DNA of 64,000 nucleotides, from contig JAFGWM010000053.1 of NCBI GenBank assembly GCA_016937155.1, positions 15,495-79,494 of the forward strand, in the 5' to 3' direction. The notes under the pieces are model-generated. The model did not search any database and was not told the DNA's origin. It worked only from the letters and a program-made list of their open reading frames with translations. A program made the translations under genes and the position numbers. This document shows positions 26,727 through 36,268 of the stretch, one piece after another; the first letter of the stretch is position 1; the number at the start of each line of letters is the position of its first letter. Source of the DNA: Deltaproteobacteria bacterium. Lineage in GTDB: Bacteria > Myxococcota_A > Polyangia > HGW-17.

Positions 26727-28049
26727 ATGGCAGTTTATGACAATTGTAAAGAAACTCTTAAAATGCTATTTATTACTCAGATGGATTTATCAGGTAAGTT
26801 TTTCAAATCTTCTGCAAATAAAAGTCCCACATCAGGGGAATTCCCCAGAAGGGATCAGTTTGCAAGTCGTGCAAGATCGATGATCTATGCCCGACTTTTT
26901 CTGGATGGACTTGGTATCCTGTTTCTGTTTATTCCAAAATGGTCACAGACCATTGTTCCTTTTCTTTCAAAGGGTCTGTTTTTTTATATACTTATTCTCA
27001 CAGGACATGTTGTAAGTTTTCTGTGGATAGGGCACCGGTGGGATAAAATAGTTTATTTTATCACTTTGTGCATTGATATCATGGTGCTCGCGTCCCTAAT
27101 AATAGTAACAGGAGGGCTGGCAAGTCCACTTATGGCGGGACATATAGTCTACGCAGTTTTTTTTGCTATTTTATATCCTCACCCTCTCGCAATACTCCCT
27201 CCACTGTTACTTCTTCCTGCAATGGCAAAGGTTACACAGTTGATGGGTACTGAAATTCCCGGGAGAGATCTTTTGCTATTGCTGTGGTACAGCGCTCTTG
27301 ACCTTATTATTGTCTATGTTGTTGTGTTCTTTGATTTACAGGAAAATGCAAGATTCAGAGAAGCCGTATCCCTTGAGCGGGAGAAAAGACGTATGGATCT
27401 GGTTGATGAACGACAGAGAATAGCCCGTGAGATGCATGATGGTCTTGGTGCCATGCTCAGTGCTTTGAAAATACAGGCTGAATTCATTTCTGAAATATCA
27501 GAGGAAAGAGAACTAAAGGATGAAATAGAACTTCTGCATTCCAGAAGTGCCCTTGCTCTTGATGAACTCAGAAGAACTGTAAGAATAATGAGAGAGGATT
27601 TCGATTTGGGAAATTCTCTTGATGAACTTATTCACAACATGGCTGAAATCTGGAAATATCAGGTTGATTTCGATGCACCGGGAGAGGATCTTAATCTGAG
27701 TGCACGAAAACAGCTGAACATTTATCGTATAGTCCAGGAAACACTCACAAATGCAGGAAAGCATGCCAGAGCAAAAGCAGTATCTGTAAATATAGATAAA
27801 CTGACTGAAATCCCGCAATGGATCGAAGATATTGAAAGTATTAATAAAGGACATAAAGAAGGAATACAACTAACCATTACAGATGATGGCAAGGGTATCA
27901 GCGGAGAAATTCTCCGTGAGGGACACTACGGAATGCTTCATCTTAAGGAAAGAGCAATGGAACTGGGAGGGGACTTTTTTATTGCCTCCAAAGAGGGTGA
28001 AGGCACGTGCATCAAAATATGGTTCCCTCTGGAAAATGAATTATGCTGA
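26727..28049 (+). CDS. Membrane sensor histidine kinase, HisKA_3 (NarX/LiaS-type) class
   Basis: Multi-TM N-terminus. H-box ERQRIAREMHDGLGAMLSAL. HATPase_c blocks (ETLTNAGKHA, DDGKGI, GHYGMLHLKERA). Start uncertain (GTG 26709 / ATG 26727 / later Met). Confidence 0.8.
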   Translation: MAVYDNCKETLKMLFITQMDLSGKFFKSSANKSPTSGEFPRRDQFASRARSMIYARLFLDGLGILFLFIPKWSQTIVPFLSKGLFFYILILTGHVVSFLWIGHRWDKIVYFITLCIDIMVLASLIIVTGGLASPLMAGHIVYAVFFAILYPHPLAILPPLLLLPAMAKVTQLMGTEIPGRDLLLLLWYSALDLIIVYVVVFFDLQENARFREAVSLEREKRRMDLVDERQRIAREMHDGLGAMLSALKIQAEFISEISEERELKDEIELLHSRSALALDELRRTVRIMREDFDLGNSLDELIHNMAEIWKYQVDFDAPGEDLNLSARKQLNIYRIVQETLTNAGKHARAKAVSVNIDKLTEIPQWIEDIESINKGHKEGIQLTITDDGKGISGEILREGHYGMLHLKERAMELGGDFFIASKEGEGTCIKIWFPLENELC

Positions 28050-29461
28050 AAATCTATTTTATGATTATCCTGTGTATGGTGCCAAGTAGAGCATCTGCAG
28101 ACTCTTTTTTACCACGTTTCATGGGAGGTATTGATCCAGGCATACCAACTGACAATAAAGTTTCCGGAATTTATTTCAACCCTGCCGCCATTGGTAAAAT
28201 AAAGGGCACTTCTATATCTTTGTCTTTCAGCCCGAATTTTCAGACCAGCACTGCTTCAAGATATCCCATTTCAACTTTAACAGGAAACACATCTGCAACC
28301 CCCGATAAGTTCTTCAGTTCTGGCAGCTACAGTAATAATATCTGGGACTTTTTCGGCGGAATCACAACCGATTTCGGGATGGATCGTATCACACTTGGTA
28401 TTGCAGTTTTTTCTCCCCTTCAACAGGATATCTCTGATGTACCTGAACCACTAAAGTATCACCTGGTGGAAAGAAAACTCATGAATCTGTTTATCAGCAG
28501 TGTGGTTTCCTTAAAACTTCATAAAAAATTCCATATCGGATTTGGCCTCAGTTATGTTTACTCCAAAATACACATGGATGTAATCAGAGACAGGTATCTT
28601 AGGGGAACAACCCCTGATGGAGTACTGGAAGCCTATGAGACCGGAGGATATGCTGATGAAAAAGTAATTGTAGACAGTGACGATAATAATTTCGGGTTCA
28701 GTGTGGGATTTTACTGGCTTGTAAAAAAATGGTTGACTGTAGGTGGCTCATACAGAAGTAAAATACGCGGTATTGATTCAACAGGTGTGAGGACCACTGG
28801 TAGTGGAAGCATTACCAGGTATGTGGATGGAGAAGGATTTACAACTTTAAATGGAGATGCTCAACTAACCACTTCTTTCCCGGACTCGTATAACCTTGGA
28901 GCGAAAATAAAGCTATCCAGATACTGGGAAGGTGATTTTACACTGACATGGACCCGTTGGAGCACTCATAAATCCATGAAGATTTTATTATCCGGAAATG
29001 ATTTCACCAACTCAAGTCTCACAAACTGGGATCTGAATATTTCTTCATATCGTGGTTTTCAGGACACAATAACCCCACAGTTAACAATGTTTTATACAGG
29101 ACTGAGGGGCTTCAGTTTTATCACTTCATTACGATATCTTCCACCCTCTACCCCCCTTTCATGGGTGAATCCTTCAGTTGTTGATAATCACAGTGTGGAA
29201 CTTCTGCTAAGTTCCACTTTTAAAGTATTCAGTAACATGAGTATCCGTCTTGGATACGCTGTGAGTTATATGTTTGAAACTGATGTTTCAAAATCCGGAT
29301 ATGATCCTTCTCTGGCAATAATTTGTCTTGACAATCACATCGATGTGGTATGGTCACAGGCCTGTCGTGATACTTACGCAGGCAAGGCAATGCCCACCGC
29401 TGCAGGTGTTTATAACAGGATTACGCATCAGATAGGTCTTGGAATCGAACTTTCATTTTAG
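28043..29461 (+). CDS. FadL/OmpP1/TodX-family-like outer-membrane beta-barrel transporter
   Basis: 472 aa. Signal peptide, early GIYFNPAAIG motif, beta-strand periodicity, C-terminal ...GLGIELSF. Overlaps the kinase gene by 7 nt. Confidence 0.6.
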   Translation: MLKIYFMIILCMVPSRASADSFLPRFMGGIDPGIPTDNKVSGIYFNPAAIGKIKGTSISLSFSPNFQTSTASRYPISTLTGNTSATPDKFFSSGSYSNNIWDFFGGITTDFGMDRITLGIAVFSPLQQDISDVPEPLKYHLVERKLMNLFISSVVSLKLHKKFHIGFGLSYVYSKIHMDVIRDRYLRGTTPDGVLEAYETGGYADEKVIVDSDDNNFGFSVGFYWLVKKWLTVGGSYRSKIRGIDSTGVRTTGSGSITRYVDGEGFTTLNGDAQLTTSFPDSYNLGAKIKLSRYWEGDFTLTWTRWSTHKSMKILLSGNDFTNSSLTNWDLNISSYRGFQDTITPQLTMFYTGLRGFSFITSLRYLPPSTPLSWVNPSVVDNHSVELLLSSTFKVFSNMSIRLGYAVSYMFETDVSKSGYDPSLAIICLDNHIDVVWSQACRDTYAGKAMPTAAGVYNRITHQIGLGIELSF

Positions 29462-29488
29462 CTAATAAGTTAAAAAAAGGTGATTACA

Positions 29489-30181
29489 TCAAAAATCAAA
29501 TGATAACTGCTCACCGGAATATTTTTTTAATTTCCATGATTTTCTCATATGAACCGGATACGCTCCCGTTAATTCTTTATAATTGTTGATAAATTGCAAA
29601 GTTCCCTGGTTTACATAGCCCCCACCTGAAGGGTAGTAACCAATGGATTTACTAATAGAAGAATAATACTTTTTTACCCATAAATCTCTTCTATGCTTGG
29701 CACAGATTGAAGCAGCCATTGTCGCTGGATATAATGAATCAGCTTTATTTTCAGATCTGACATGGGAAAAAGTCAACGATAATGGAGAAAAAATATTTTT
29801 ACCATCTGCCATACATAGTGATTTATCGTTGCATGCTGTATTTACCATACTGAGTAAAGCAGATGCTCCTGTTCTTTCAAGCACATTCAATCCAGCACCA
29901 CAAATGACCTCCCGATCAATCCTACTACTTGAAATTTCAGATATGTAAACATCGCAGCAAGTTAGTATCTCTTCATATAGTACTTTTCTTTTTTTCATTC
30001 CGTTTAATGACGAACCAAACTTTTTTGAATCATCCAGATGAAGCTGGTCAAATACGGCTCTATTTTGTACAACCACAAGGGAAATGAACATCGGTCCCAC
30101 AAGACAACCTCTACCGGCTTCATCAATACCCTGATTGTAAACTTCCATTTCTACCTTATCTGTCAGTATTTTTTTTCCCAT
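29489..30181 (-). CDS. rnhB: Ribonuclease HII
   Basis: 230 aa with the RNase HII signature GIDEAGRGCLVGPMF near the N-terminus. Confidence 0.8.
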   Translation of the reverse strand: MGKKILTDKVEMEVYNQGIDEAGRGCLVGPMFISLVVVQNRAVFDQLHLDDSKKFGSSLNGMKKRKVLYEEILTCCDVYISEISSSRIDREVICGAGLNVLERTGASALLSMVNTACNDKSLCMADGKNIFSPLSLTFSHVRSENKADSLYPATMAASICAKHRRDLWVKKYYSSISKSIGYYPSGGGYVNQGTLQFINNYKELTGAYPVHMRKSWKLKKYSGEQLSFDF

Positions 30182-30267
30182 TCCATACTTTTCCAGTCAT
30201 TTTAAAGTACCCCGGTTCAATCCATTCCCGATTTTCTACAGAGTCGCTTACCTGATTGGGCTTTATT

Positions 30268-32190
30268 CTATTCACTTGGATACCTGATATTTTTTTTCTC
30301 TCCACTCCCCGTTTTTTTGTTGAAAGGAATTGTGGTATTCAATTCTTTCTTTATCTGGATATTTTTTTCTGTATTTACTGAAGGTTTTTGCTTTTTATCA
30401 GGATTCTTTTTAGCTTTTTTTGAAGTATATCCAGTGGCCCGTTTAATGTCTGAATACACTATAATGATATCTCCAGACTTTATCTTTCTTAAGGAACTGT
30501 GATTCACTGATCTTATGTATGAGATTCTGGATTTAAACCTTTTTGCAATTGACTTGAGAGTATCCCCTTTTCTTACCCTGTAAGTGATTCGCACCTTTTT
30601 AATCTTTTTAAGATAATGAGAGTGAAACTGGTCACTGTCAATTACCCTCATTTTGACGTCGTGCTCCTCCAGAAGAGATGGAACAGTTTTTTTATTCAGG
30701 AACACCTGTAAATACATGTTTTTAGTTAGTGGCACATCAGGCAGAAGAAAATTCCATTTCAGCAGATTTTCAGTACTGACACCCAAACCTTTTGACACTG
30801 CTTTCACCGTATCTCCCGAAGAAGTCCTGTAAAAATAACGTTTTAATCCATGCGGAGCATCTATTTTTGATGGTACATTAACATTTGGAATATCTTTCAC
30901 TGAAACCGTCTTTCTTGACGAATTTTCAGGAAGGATAAGGTTCACACCAGCTTTAAGGGGTTCATTAATATCAAGGTTGTTTAACTTCTTTATTTTTGAA
31001 ATACTGACTCCAAAGGAACTGCTTATTGATTGAACACTGTCTCCAAACTGCACTACATATTTCCTGTAGTTTCCCCACGCCCTGTATTTTCTTAACAATT
31101 TTATTGCTGTTTCTGTTTTTTTATCAACAGGAAGCCTTACAGGATAAGCCTTATTCCCTGGAGGTAACCTTTTCCTTGTGTATTCCCTGTTGAGAAACTG
31201 AAGTTTTTTTAGGGAATATCCTGTTACGGAAGCAACCCTTGATAAATGTACTCCACCAGGCAAGTAAATTTCCCTAAAATTATAAGGTGTTACGCAGTTC
31301 AATTTTCCCAGATTAAATTTATCACGATTTAAATCAGCAATCGCGACAGCCAGAAGTTTGGGAATATACAAACGTGTTTCTCTGGGTAATGCATTTTCAT
31401 ATTTTTTTAATTTCCAGAAACTGTTTGTATTGTAACGTCTCATGGACTGAAGCATTCTGCCATACCCACAATTATATGCTGCAAGAGCCAGATGCCAGTC
31501 TTTAAATCTGTAATATAAATCCCTGAAATAATCCACCACTGCAAGAGTACTGAGTTCAGGGTTGTAGCGTTGATCTATCCAGAAATTCAGTTCCAGTCCA
31601 TAAATTTTTGAACCACTTTTCATTATCTGCCAGAGACCTGTTGCCCCTGCCCAGCTTCTTGTGGTTTTTTCGTAACCACTTTCAATCATAGCAATATATA
31701 ATAAAATTTCGGGAAGTTTTTCTCTTTTAATAATTGTTTTAATCATGTCCCGATATCTATATGACTTTTCAATCCAGTCCTTAATCGTTGCTCTGCCTCC
31801 TGCTGTGTTTTTAAAATATTTGAGATAATAAACTACTGTTTTGTCAAAATACACTGGTATATCAGGATATTTCATTCCTTTGAGCCAGGAAAGTTCTTCA
31901 GGTATTTTCTCATGACGAACGGAAACGGGGTTTGGATTATTAATTTTTACAGGGTAAAGTGCTTCTTCCATTAGTAAAAGGGCCCGCATTGAATCGCTTA
32001 TCCGAACATCCGGAAGAGGTCCACCCCGCACCCATATTCTCCCGTTACGGTGTGGTTTAAGTCTGGTTTTGTAATCACTCCCGGGTATAAATGCAGATCC
32101 CGAGGAAAACATCATAGTAAAAACTGTATAAAAAATCATAATCATGGGGATTGAATATAATCCAACATTGAGTTGAATACAAATATACAC
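30268..32190 (-). CDS. Membrane-bound lytic murein transglycosylase D-like (SLT domain + three LysM repeats)
   Basis: SLT catalytic block IAMIESGYE...GATGLWQIM. LysM units YVVQFGDSVQSISSSFGV, YRTSSGDTVKAVSKGLGV, YRVRKGDTLKSIAKRF. Lys-rich tail. Confidence 0.85.
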   Translation of the reverse strand: MYICIQLNVGLYSIPMIMIFYTVFTMMFSSGSAFIPGSDYKTRLKPHRNGRIWVRGGPLPDVRISDSMRALLLMEEALYPVKINNPNPVSVRHEKIPEELSWLKGMKYPDIPVYFDKTVVYYLKYFKNTAGGRATIKDWIEKSYRYRDMIKTIIKREKLPEILLYIAMIESGYEKTTRSWAGATGLWQIMKSGSKIYGLELNFWIDQRYNPELSTLAVVDYFRDLYYRFKDWHLALAAYNCGYGRMLQSMRRYNTNSFWKLKKYENALPRETRLYIPKLLAVAIADLNRDKFNLGKLNCVTPYNFREIYLPGGVHLSRVASVTGYSLKKLQFLNREYTRKRLPPGNKAYPVRLPVDKKTETAIKLLRKYRAWGNYRKYVVQFGDSVQSISSSFGVSISKIKKLNNLDINEPLKAGVNLILPENSSRKTVSVKDIPNVNVPSKIDAPHGLKRYFYRTSSGDTVKAVSKGLGVSTENLLKWNFLLPDVPLTKNMYLQVFLNKKTVPSLLEEHDVKMRVIDSDQFHSHYLKKIKKVRITYRVRKGDTLKSIAKRFKSRISYIRSVNHSSLRKIKSGDIIIVYSDIKRATGYTSKKAKKNPDKKQKPSVNTEKNIQIKKELNTTIPFNKKTGSGEKKNIRYPSE

Positions 32191-32320
32191 GGGTTTCTTA
32201 ACACCGGATTATCTTCACAGGAGGAGATTTTTATAACCGGATAAAAATCACTTTATGAACATATATGAAATCGTTGTTTTACTTCTTGTGCACCTTATAT
32301 CCATCGGATAAAATCCTTCC

Positions 32321-32968
32321 ATGAGCTGGAATTTATTTGTTACTCTCACCTCATTCACATTATGGATGGCCATTGTCACCGGTTCAGGGTTGTCATGGTA
32401 CGACTTTTCTCCATTCATTGTTTTTCCATGGCTTGTTATTGATCTGAAATTCAACCACTTTGTGAGAATTTTTCTATGGCCATTTTCGATTGCAATGCTT
32501 TTGATTACGAGACCTGAATCCGGAAACCTGAAGCTCATAACTGTTCTTGTTTTATGGGTTGTGTATTATCTTGCTGTGTTAAATTATGAAGACACTCTCA
32601 GTAATTCAAGCTCCTCAATGGTTCCGGTTACTTCAGATAATATTCTCCCTGAGGTTTTTCCGGTTATTCACACTCTGATTTTTCTCATTATTTACCTGAT
32701 CTTTGGGAGACAAAACATACTTTTACTGTCTCTTAGTGCCTATGTTTCCTGTGGTCAGTTTGTCTGGTGGACAAAAATTACTGAAGGTTCGAAACATGCA
32801 AGAAATGTTTCCATAGTTATGACTTCAGTATCCTCAGTAATGTTTGCCGGTCTACTGATTCTTTATAACCATGGAATTTATACAGCACTTTTTTATGGCA
32901 TTTTTGTGGCGACAGGAGCCTTATCCCTTTTAGGCCCCTATGCCGCAGATTCCCTAAAATCATCATGA
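32321..32968 (+). CDS. Hypothetical polytopic membrane protein
   Basis: 215 aa with about 6 hydrophobic helices, no catalytic motif recognised, weak RBS. Confidence 0.4.
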   Translation: MSWNLFVTLTSFTLWMAIVTGSGLSWYDFSPFIVFPWLVIDLKFNHFVRIFLWPFSIAMLLITRPESGNLKLITVLVLWVVYYLAVLNYEDTLSNSSSSMVPVTSDNILPEVFPVIHTLIFLIIYLIFGRQNILLLSLSAYVSCGQFVWWTKITEGSKHARNVSIVMTSVSSVMFAGLLILYNHGIYTALFYGIFVATGALSLLGPYAADSLKSS

Positions 32969-33056
32969 TAACAGGAATCGTCATCCACATATAAATGCAG
33001 AAAACCGTTTAATGTTTATTTAATGTGAAAGTATTAATAAGAAAGGGGCAGAAAAA

Positions 33057-33380
33057 TTATTTCTTACCTTTTTTAACAGGATTCATTTTGCCTTTGAGGA
33101 TTGAACTGGGAGTGAAAGTAATTGTGTAATGCTCAGGAATTTTAATTTCTTCATTTGTCTGAGGATTACGTCCTCTTTTGGCATTACGTTTTTTCTTTTT
33201 GAAAGTACCAAATCCAGGATATGTCAGTTTAGGATCAGTGGTCTTGGTGGGTTTGGTTTTAATGAAGAAAGTTCCTAATTCTTCAAAAAGTGCGTCAACA
33301 ATTACACCAACCTGTTTTTTGGTGATACCTGACATTGCTTTTGCTTTGGTAATTTTGTCGATGAGTTCAGTCTTGGTCAT
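33057..33380 (-). CDS. HU/IHF-family DNA-binding protein with Lys-rich tail
   Basis: 107 aa. MTKTELIDKI...; arm motif GFGTFKKKKRNAKRGRNPQTNEEIKIP. GAGGAG RBS. Confidence 0.85.
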   Translation of the reverse strand: MTKTELIDKITKAKAMSGITKKQVGVIVDALFEELGTFFIKTKPTKTTDPKLTYPGFGTFKKKKRNAKRGRNPQTNEEIKIPEHYTITFTPSSILKGKMNPVKKGKK

Positions 33381-33546
33381 TATTTCTCCTCACGTCCTGC
33401 TATAAATAGCAGATGAAAATGGGTTATAAAGGTAATGTGATTAATTACCGTGATAATCCTGAGTTAATTTGTATTAGTTTCTTCAAACCTTGACATCTAG
33501 GATTATTCCAGTTTTTAAAGTTGTCAAGCCCTTGTTTCAATTATTT

Positions 33547-34914
33547 CTACTTTTTTTTCGTTTCCCATGCAGGCATAGACAACTTTCCAGACAATACAAG
33601 TCTCGAACTTCCACCTTGAACTGGACTTAAGCGAATACCTGCTGCAGCTGTTTTACTACCTGCACTTTCATAGGCCAGAAGGTTGCAATGCGGGCTCCAG
33701 GTGGGATTCTCGGCATTCGGAGCGCTTGTGGATGTTGCCTGCCAGCCTGCTCGTGTTAAAACATTGTAGATATAAATTACACTACGATTACCTACCAGTT
33801 GTGTAAATGCAATATATTCACGATTTCCCGATTTACACCATTTAGGAGTGAATGTTCTGTTCGATGTGCTTAACAAACGTGTAATTTTTCCAGTACTCAG
33901 ATGCTTGATGTATATCTGAGCATTTCCCCTTCTGGCACTTACGAATGCTATTTTTTTCCCATCAGGGGAAAAGACCGGGGATGTATCTATATTGTGGTGT
34001 TTGGTAAGTTTCTTTGCAACTCTCCATTTTCTTGTGGAATTAAACTCCGAATGCAGAAGATATATATCTGGATTTCCCTTATAATCCATTGTAAGTGCCA
34101 GCCTTGTATTATCAGGACTGAATGCTGCGGCATGATTCATACCTTTTCTTGCACTGATTCGATGAGGACTTTTTGAACCATCACTCTTAACAATGTACAA
34201 ATCAGGGTTATACCTTATGTGAGAAGTAAAAACGATGTACCGGTTACCATTACTCCAGGCTGGTTCCTTGTTGAGACTTCGTGAAAAACTAAGAAGTTTT
34301 CCATAAGAGCCTGCTGTTTTGTATGACTTACCGTTTACTGCGGATACTCTGATTACTGACTTGCCTACACTCAAAGTTTCCACATAGGCCAGACGGCTAC
34401 CAAACGCATCAAATTTTCGTCCCAGTATCTTTGCCATACACTGATTAGAAATTGCATCAAGGGCATTTCTTAATGTTGTTTCATTCTGATGTCTGATTTT
34501 TAAGTTAGTTTTCCATTTCAAAATACTTTTTCTGGAATGAGAAGGAAAACGCTCATGATATTCAATTCTGAAATCAATTCCTGTGCCATTTTTCAAAGCA
34601 TCAATTTTTATCACTGACCATCTGGGTATCTGATCCACAGGAGTTGATGATTTATATCCACGAGGTTTATATGATTTCTTTAATTTAAATATTGCAGTCA
34701 TATCAAAATTATTAGTCATATGTTCCACAAGTATTTTCCTGGCCTTGGTATCCAGATTTCCCGTCTTAAAATCCAGGACCAGATAATGGGGAGGGGGGGG
34801 TGGACAAAAACAAAGCTGTCCTGCTGGACAATTGGGAATTGGACACTGAACAGCCCTGACTTTGGGAGAAAATGACACAGCAAAAATAAAAAGGAAAGAG
34901 GTCAAATATTTCAT
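33547..34914 (-). CDS. tolB: Tol-Pal system beta-propeller protein TolB
   Basis: 455 aa. Repeated SPDG/SPDN...IAF/LAL...GN.(Q/D)IY propeller blades. Position after tolQRA. Unusual Cys/Pro-rich N-terminal insert. Confidence 0.85.
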   Translation of the reverse strand: MKYLTSFLFIFAVSFSPKVRAVQCPIPNCPAGQLCFCPPPPPHYLVLDFKTGNLDTKARKILVEHMTNNFDMTAIFKLKKSYKPRGYKSSTPVDQIPRWSVIKIDALKNGTGIDFRIEYHERFPSHSRKSILKWKTNLKIRHQNETTLRNALDAISNQCMAKILGRKFDAFGSRLAYVETLSVGKSVIRVSAVNGKSYKTAGSYGKLLSFSRSLNKEPAWSNGNRYIVFTSHIRYNPDLYIVKSDGSKSPHRISARKGMNHAAAFSPDNTRLALTMDYKGNPDIYLLHSEFNSTRKWRVAKKLTKHHNIDTSPVFSPDGKKIAFVSARRGNAQIYIKHLSTGKITRLLSTSNRTFTPKWCKSGNREYIAFTQLVGNRSVIYIYNVLTRAGWQATSTSAPNAENPTWSPHCNLLAYESAGSKTAAAGIRLSPVQGGSSRLVLSGKLSMPAWETKKK

Positions 34915-35831
34915 TTTTTATCCTTCGCACTCTGAATAGAGCCAGATTTTAAATCCGATTTATCTGATTTCATATCTGAACTACTATTTAGTTTAATAAT
35001 TGATTCGGTTTTTTTAACTTTCCGCGCACCAATGGTAACAGGAAAAACGCATCCTCTTGAAACCGCACAGGCACTTACCCTAGATGAAGGTAGTACTCTG
35101 AGAGTTCTGCTGACGGCCTTTTGAATAGCATTATCAAAAGTGGTATTTCCACTTTTTTTCAAAAATCCGTGCAATCTTACACTCCCACTTGAATCCACTC
35201 TGACACTTATAGTGGCAGCAAGAAAGGTATCCCCCCCGAAAGAAAGCGTTATTCTACCCAGTTGGCTGTATACAGCCTGTCTCACCCCCGGGCAGAAAGT
35301 GGATTTCATTTCTGTCAAAGCTTGTGCCGTACAGGGATCCTCTTTTTCACACGGAGGATTAGGGCATCCTGATTTTTTTTCAGTTGTGTTATTGTTTGTT
35401 TCTCCCGGAGTACCTTTGGAATCATCAGTATTTTTTGAACAGCATTTGGCACAAATCTTTGCTTCAGCCAGACATGGCGAACACGAGCTTTCATCAAAAA
35501 GACTGCAATCGGTATCTTCTGCATGAGGCATTTTTTCAGGATTTTTCTTATGTGTTTTTCTGGTTATAGTGGGTCTGGGATTATGCTTAATTATTTTTTT
35601 TTCTTTTTTAATCTTTTCAGTTTTTTCAGTTTTTTCAGGGGACGGCAAATTTTCCGGTTCCCTCTCAGTTATAATACTTACAGGCAAAGGGTTTTCGATT
35701 GGATTTTTCGGTTTTTTTTCAGCAGAAGAAAATAAAATCATCCACAGTACAGCAAGAATATGGATTGCTATTGCGATTACCGCACTGGTCAGATGCTCAT
35801 ATTTTGGCCTGTCAAGAACCGATGCAGTCAT
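34911..35831 (-). CDS. tolA: TolA-like (TonB-family C-terminal domain) protein with Cys-rich linker
   Basis: N-terminal anchor AVIAIAIHILAVLWMILF, Lys/Glu/Pro linker (EKTEKTEKIKKEKK), 10 Cys in about 75 aa, TonB_C-like end. ATGA-type overlaps with both neighbours. Confidence 0.65.
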   Translation of the reverse strand: MTASVLDRPKYEHLTSAVIAIAIHILAVLWMILFSSAEKKPKNPIENPLPVSIITEREPENLPSPEKTEKTEKIKKEKKIIKHNPRPTITRKTHKKNPEKMPHAEDTDCSLFDESSCSPCLAEAKICAKCCSKNTDDSKGTPGETNNNTTEKKSGCPNPPCEKEDPCTAQALTEMKSTFCPGVRQAVYSQLGRITLSFGGDTFLAATISVRVDSSGSVRLHGFLKKSGNTTFDNAIQKAVSRTLRVLPSSRVSACAVSRGCVFPVTIGARKVKKTESIIKLNSSSDMKSDKSDLKSGSIQSAKDKK

Positions 35832-36259
35832 TTTTTCTCACCATCAGGCTTTGTAGAAGTCATAAGACCTATTCCTTTTATACCGGCTTTCCTCACGGCA
35901 ACAAGTAATTCCATCACTTTCTGGTACTTCAGATTTTTGTCAGCACGTACATTGGCTTCGTTCGTACCGGGAAAAGCGGACTTTAGTGTACCCTCCAAAC
36001 CGTTCAAATCTGTTTCAATCCTTTTCCCTTCACCCATTGTTAATACAACCTTTTCATCAAACCCCATAAAAATTGTTAACTTGTCACGATTCCCCGGCAC
36101 AGGAGCCCCTTTTGTCTCAGGAAGTTCCAGATTAATTCCTGCAGGTTCAACGGGACTGGTAACCATAAAAATAATCATTAGAACCATCATAACATCAATA
36201 AGGGGAGTCAAATTCATATCGGCAATTGGCCTGGAACTAGGGTCATAATTAAGATTCAT
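35828..36259 (-). CDS. tolR: TolR / ExbD-family protein
   Basis: 143 aa. IADMNLTPLIDVMMVLMIIFMV signature. Confidence 0.88.
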   Translation of the reverse strand: MNLNYDPSSRPIADMNLTPLIDVMMVLMIIFMVTSPVEPAGINLELPETKGAPVPGNRDKLTIFMGFDEKVVLTMGEGKRIETDLNGLEGTLKSAFPGTNEANVRADKNLKYQKVMELLVAVRKAGIKGIGLMTSTKPDGEKK

Positions 36260-36268
36260 AGCTTCCTC

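Noticed and set aside
32321-32968. 215-aa polytopic membrane protein considered as the missing sorting protease (rhomboid/rhombosortase or CPBP/myxosortase type)
   Set aside because: It has no GxSG plus His rhomboid dyad context, and no EExxxR / FxxxH / HxxxN CPBP motifs.
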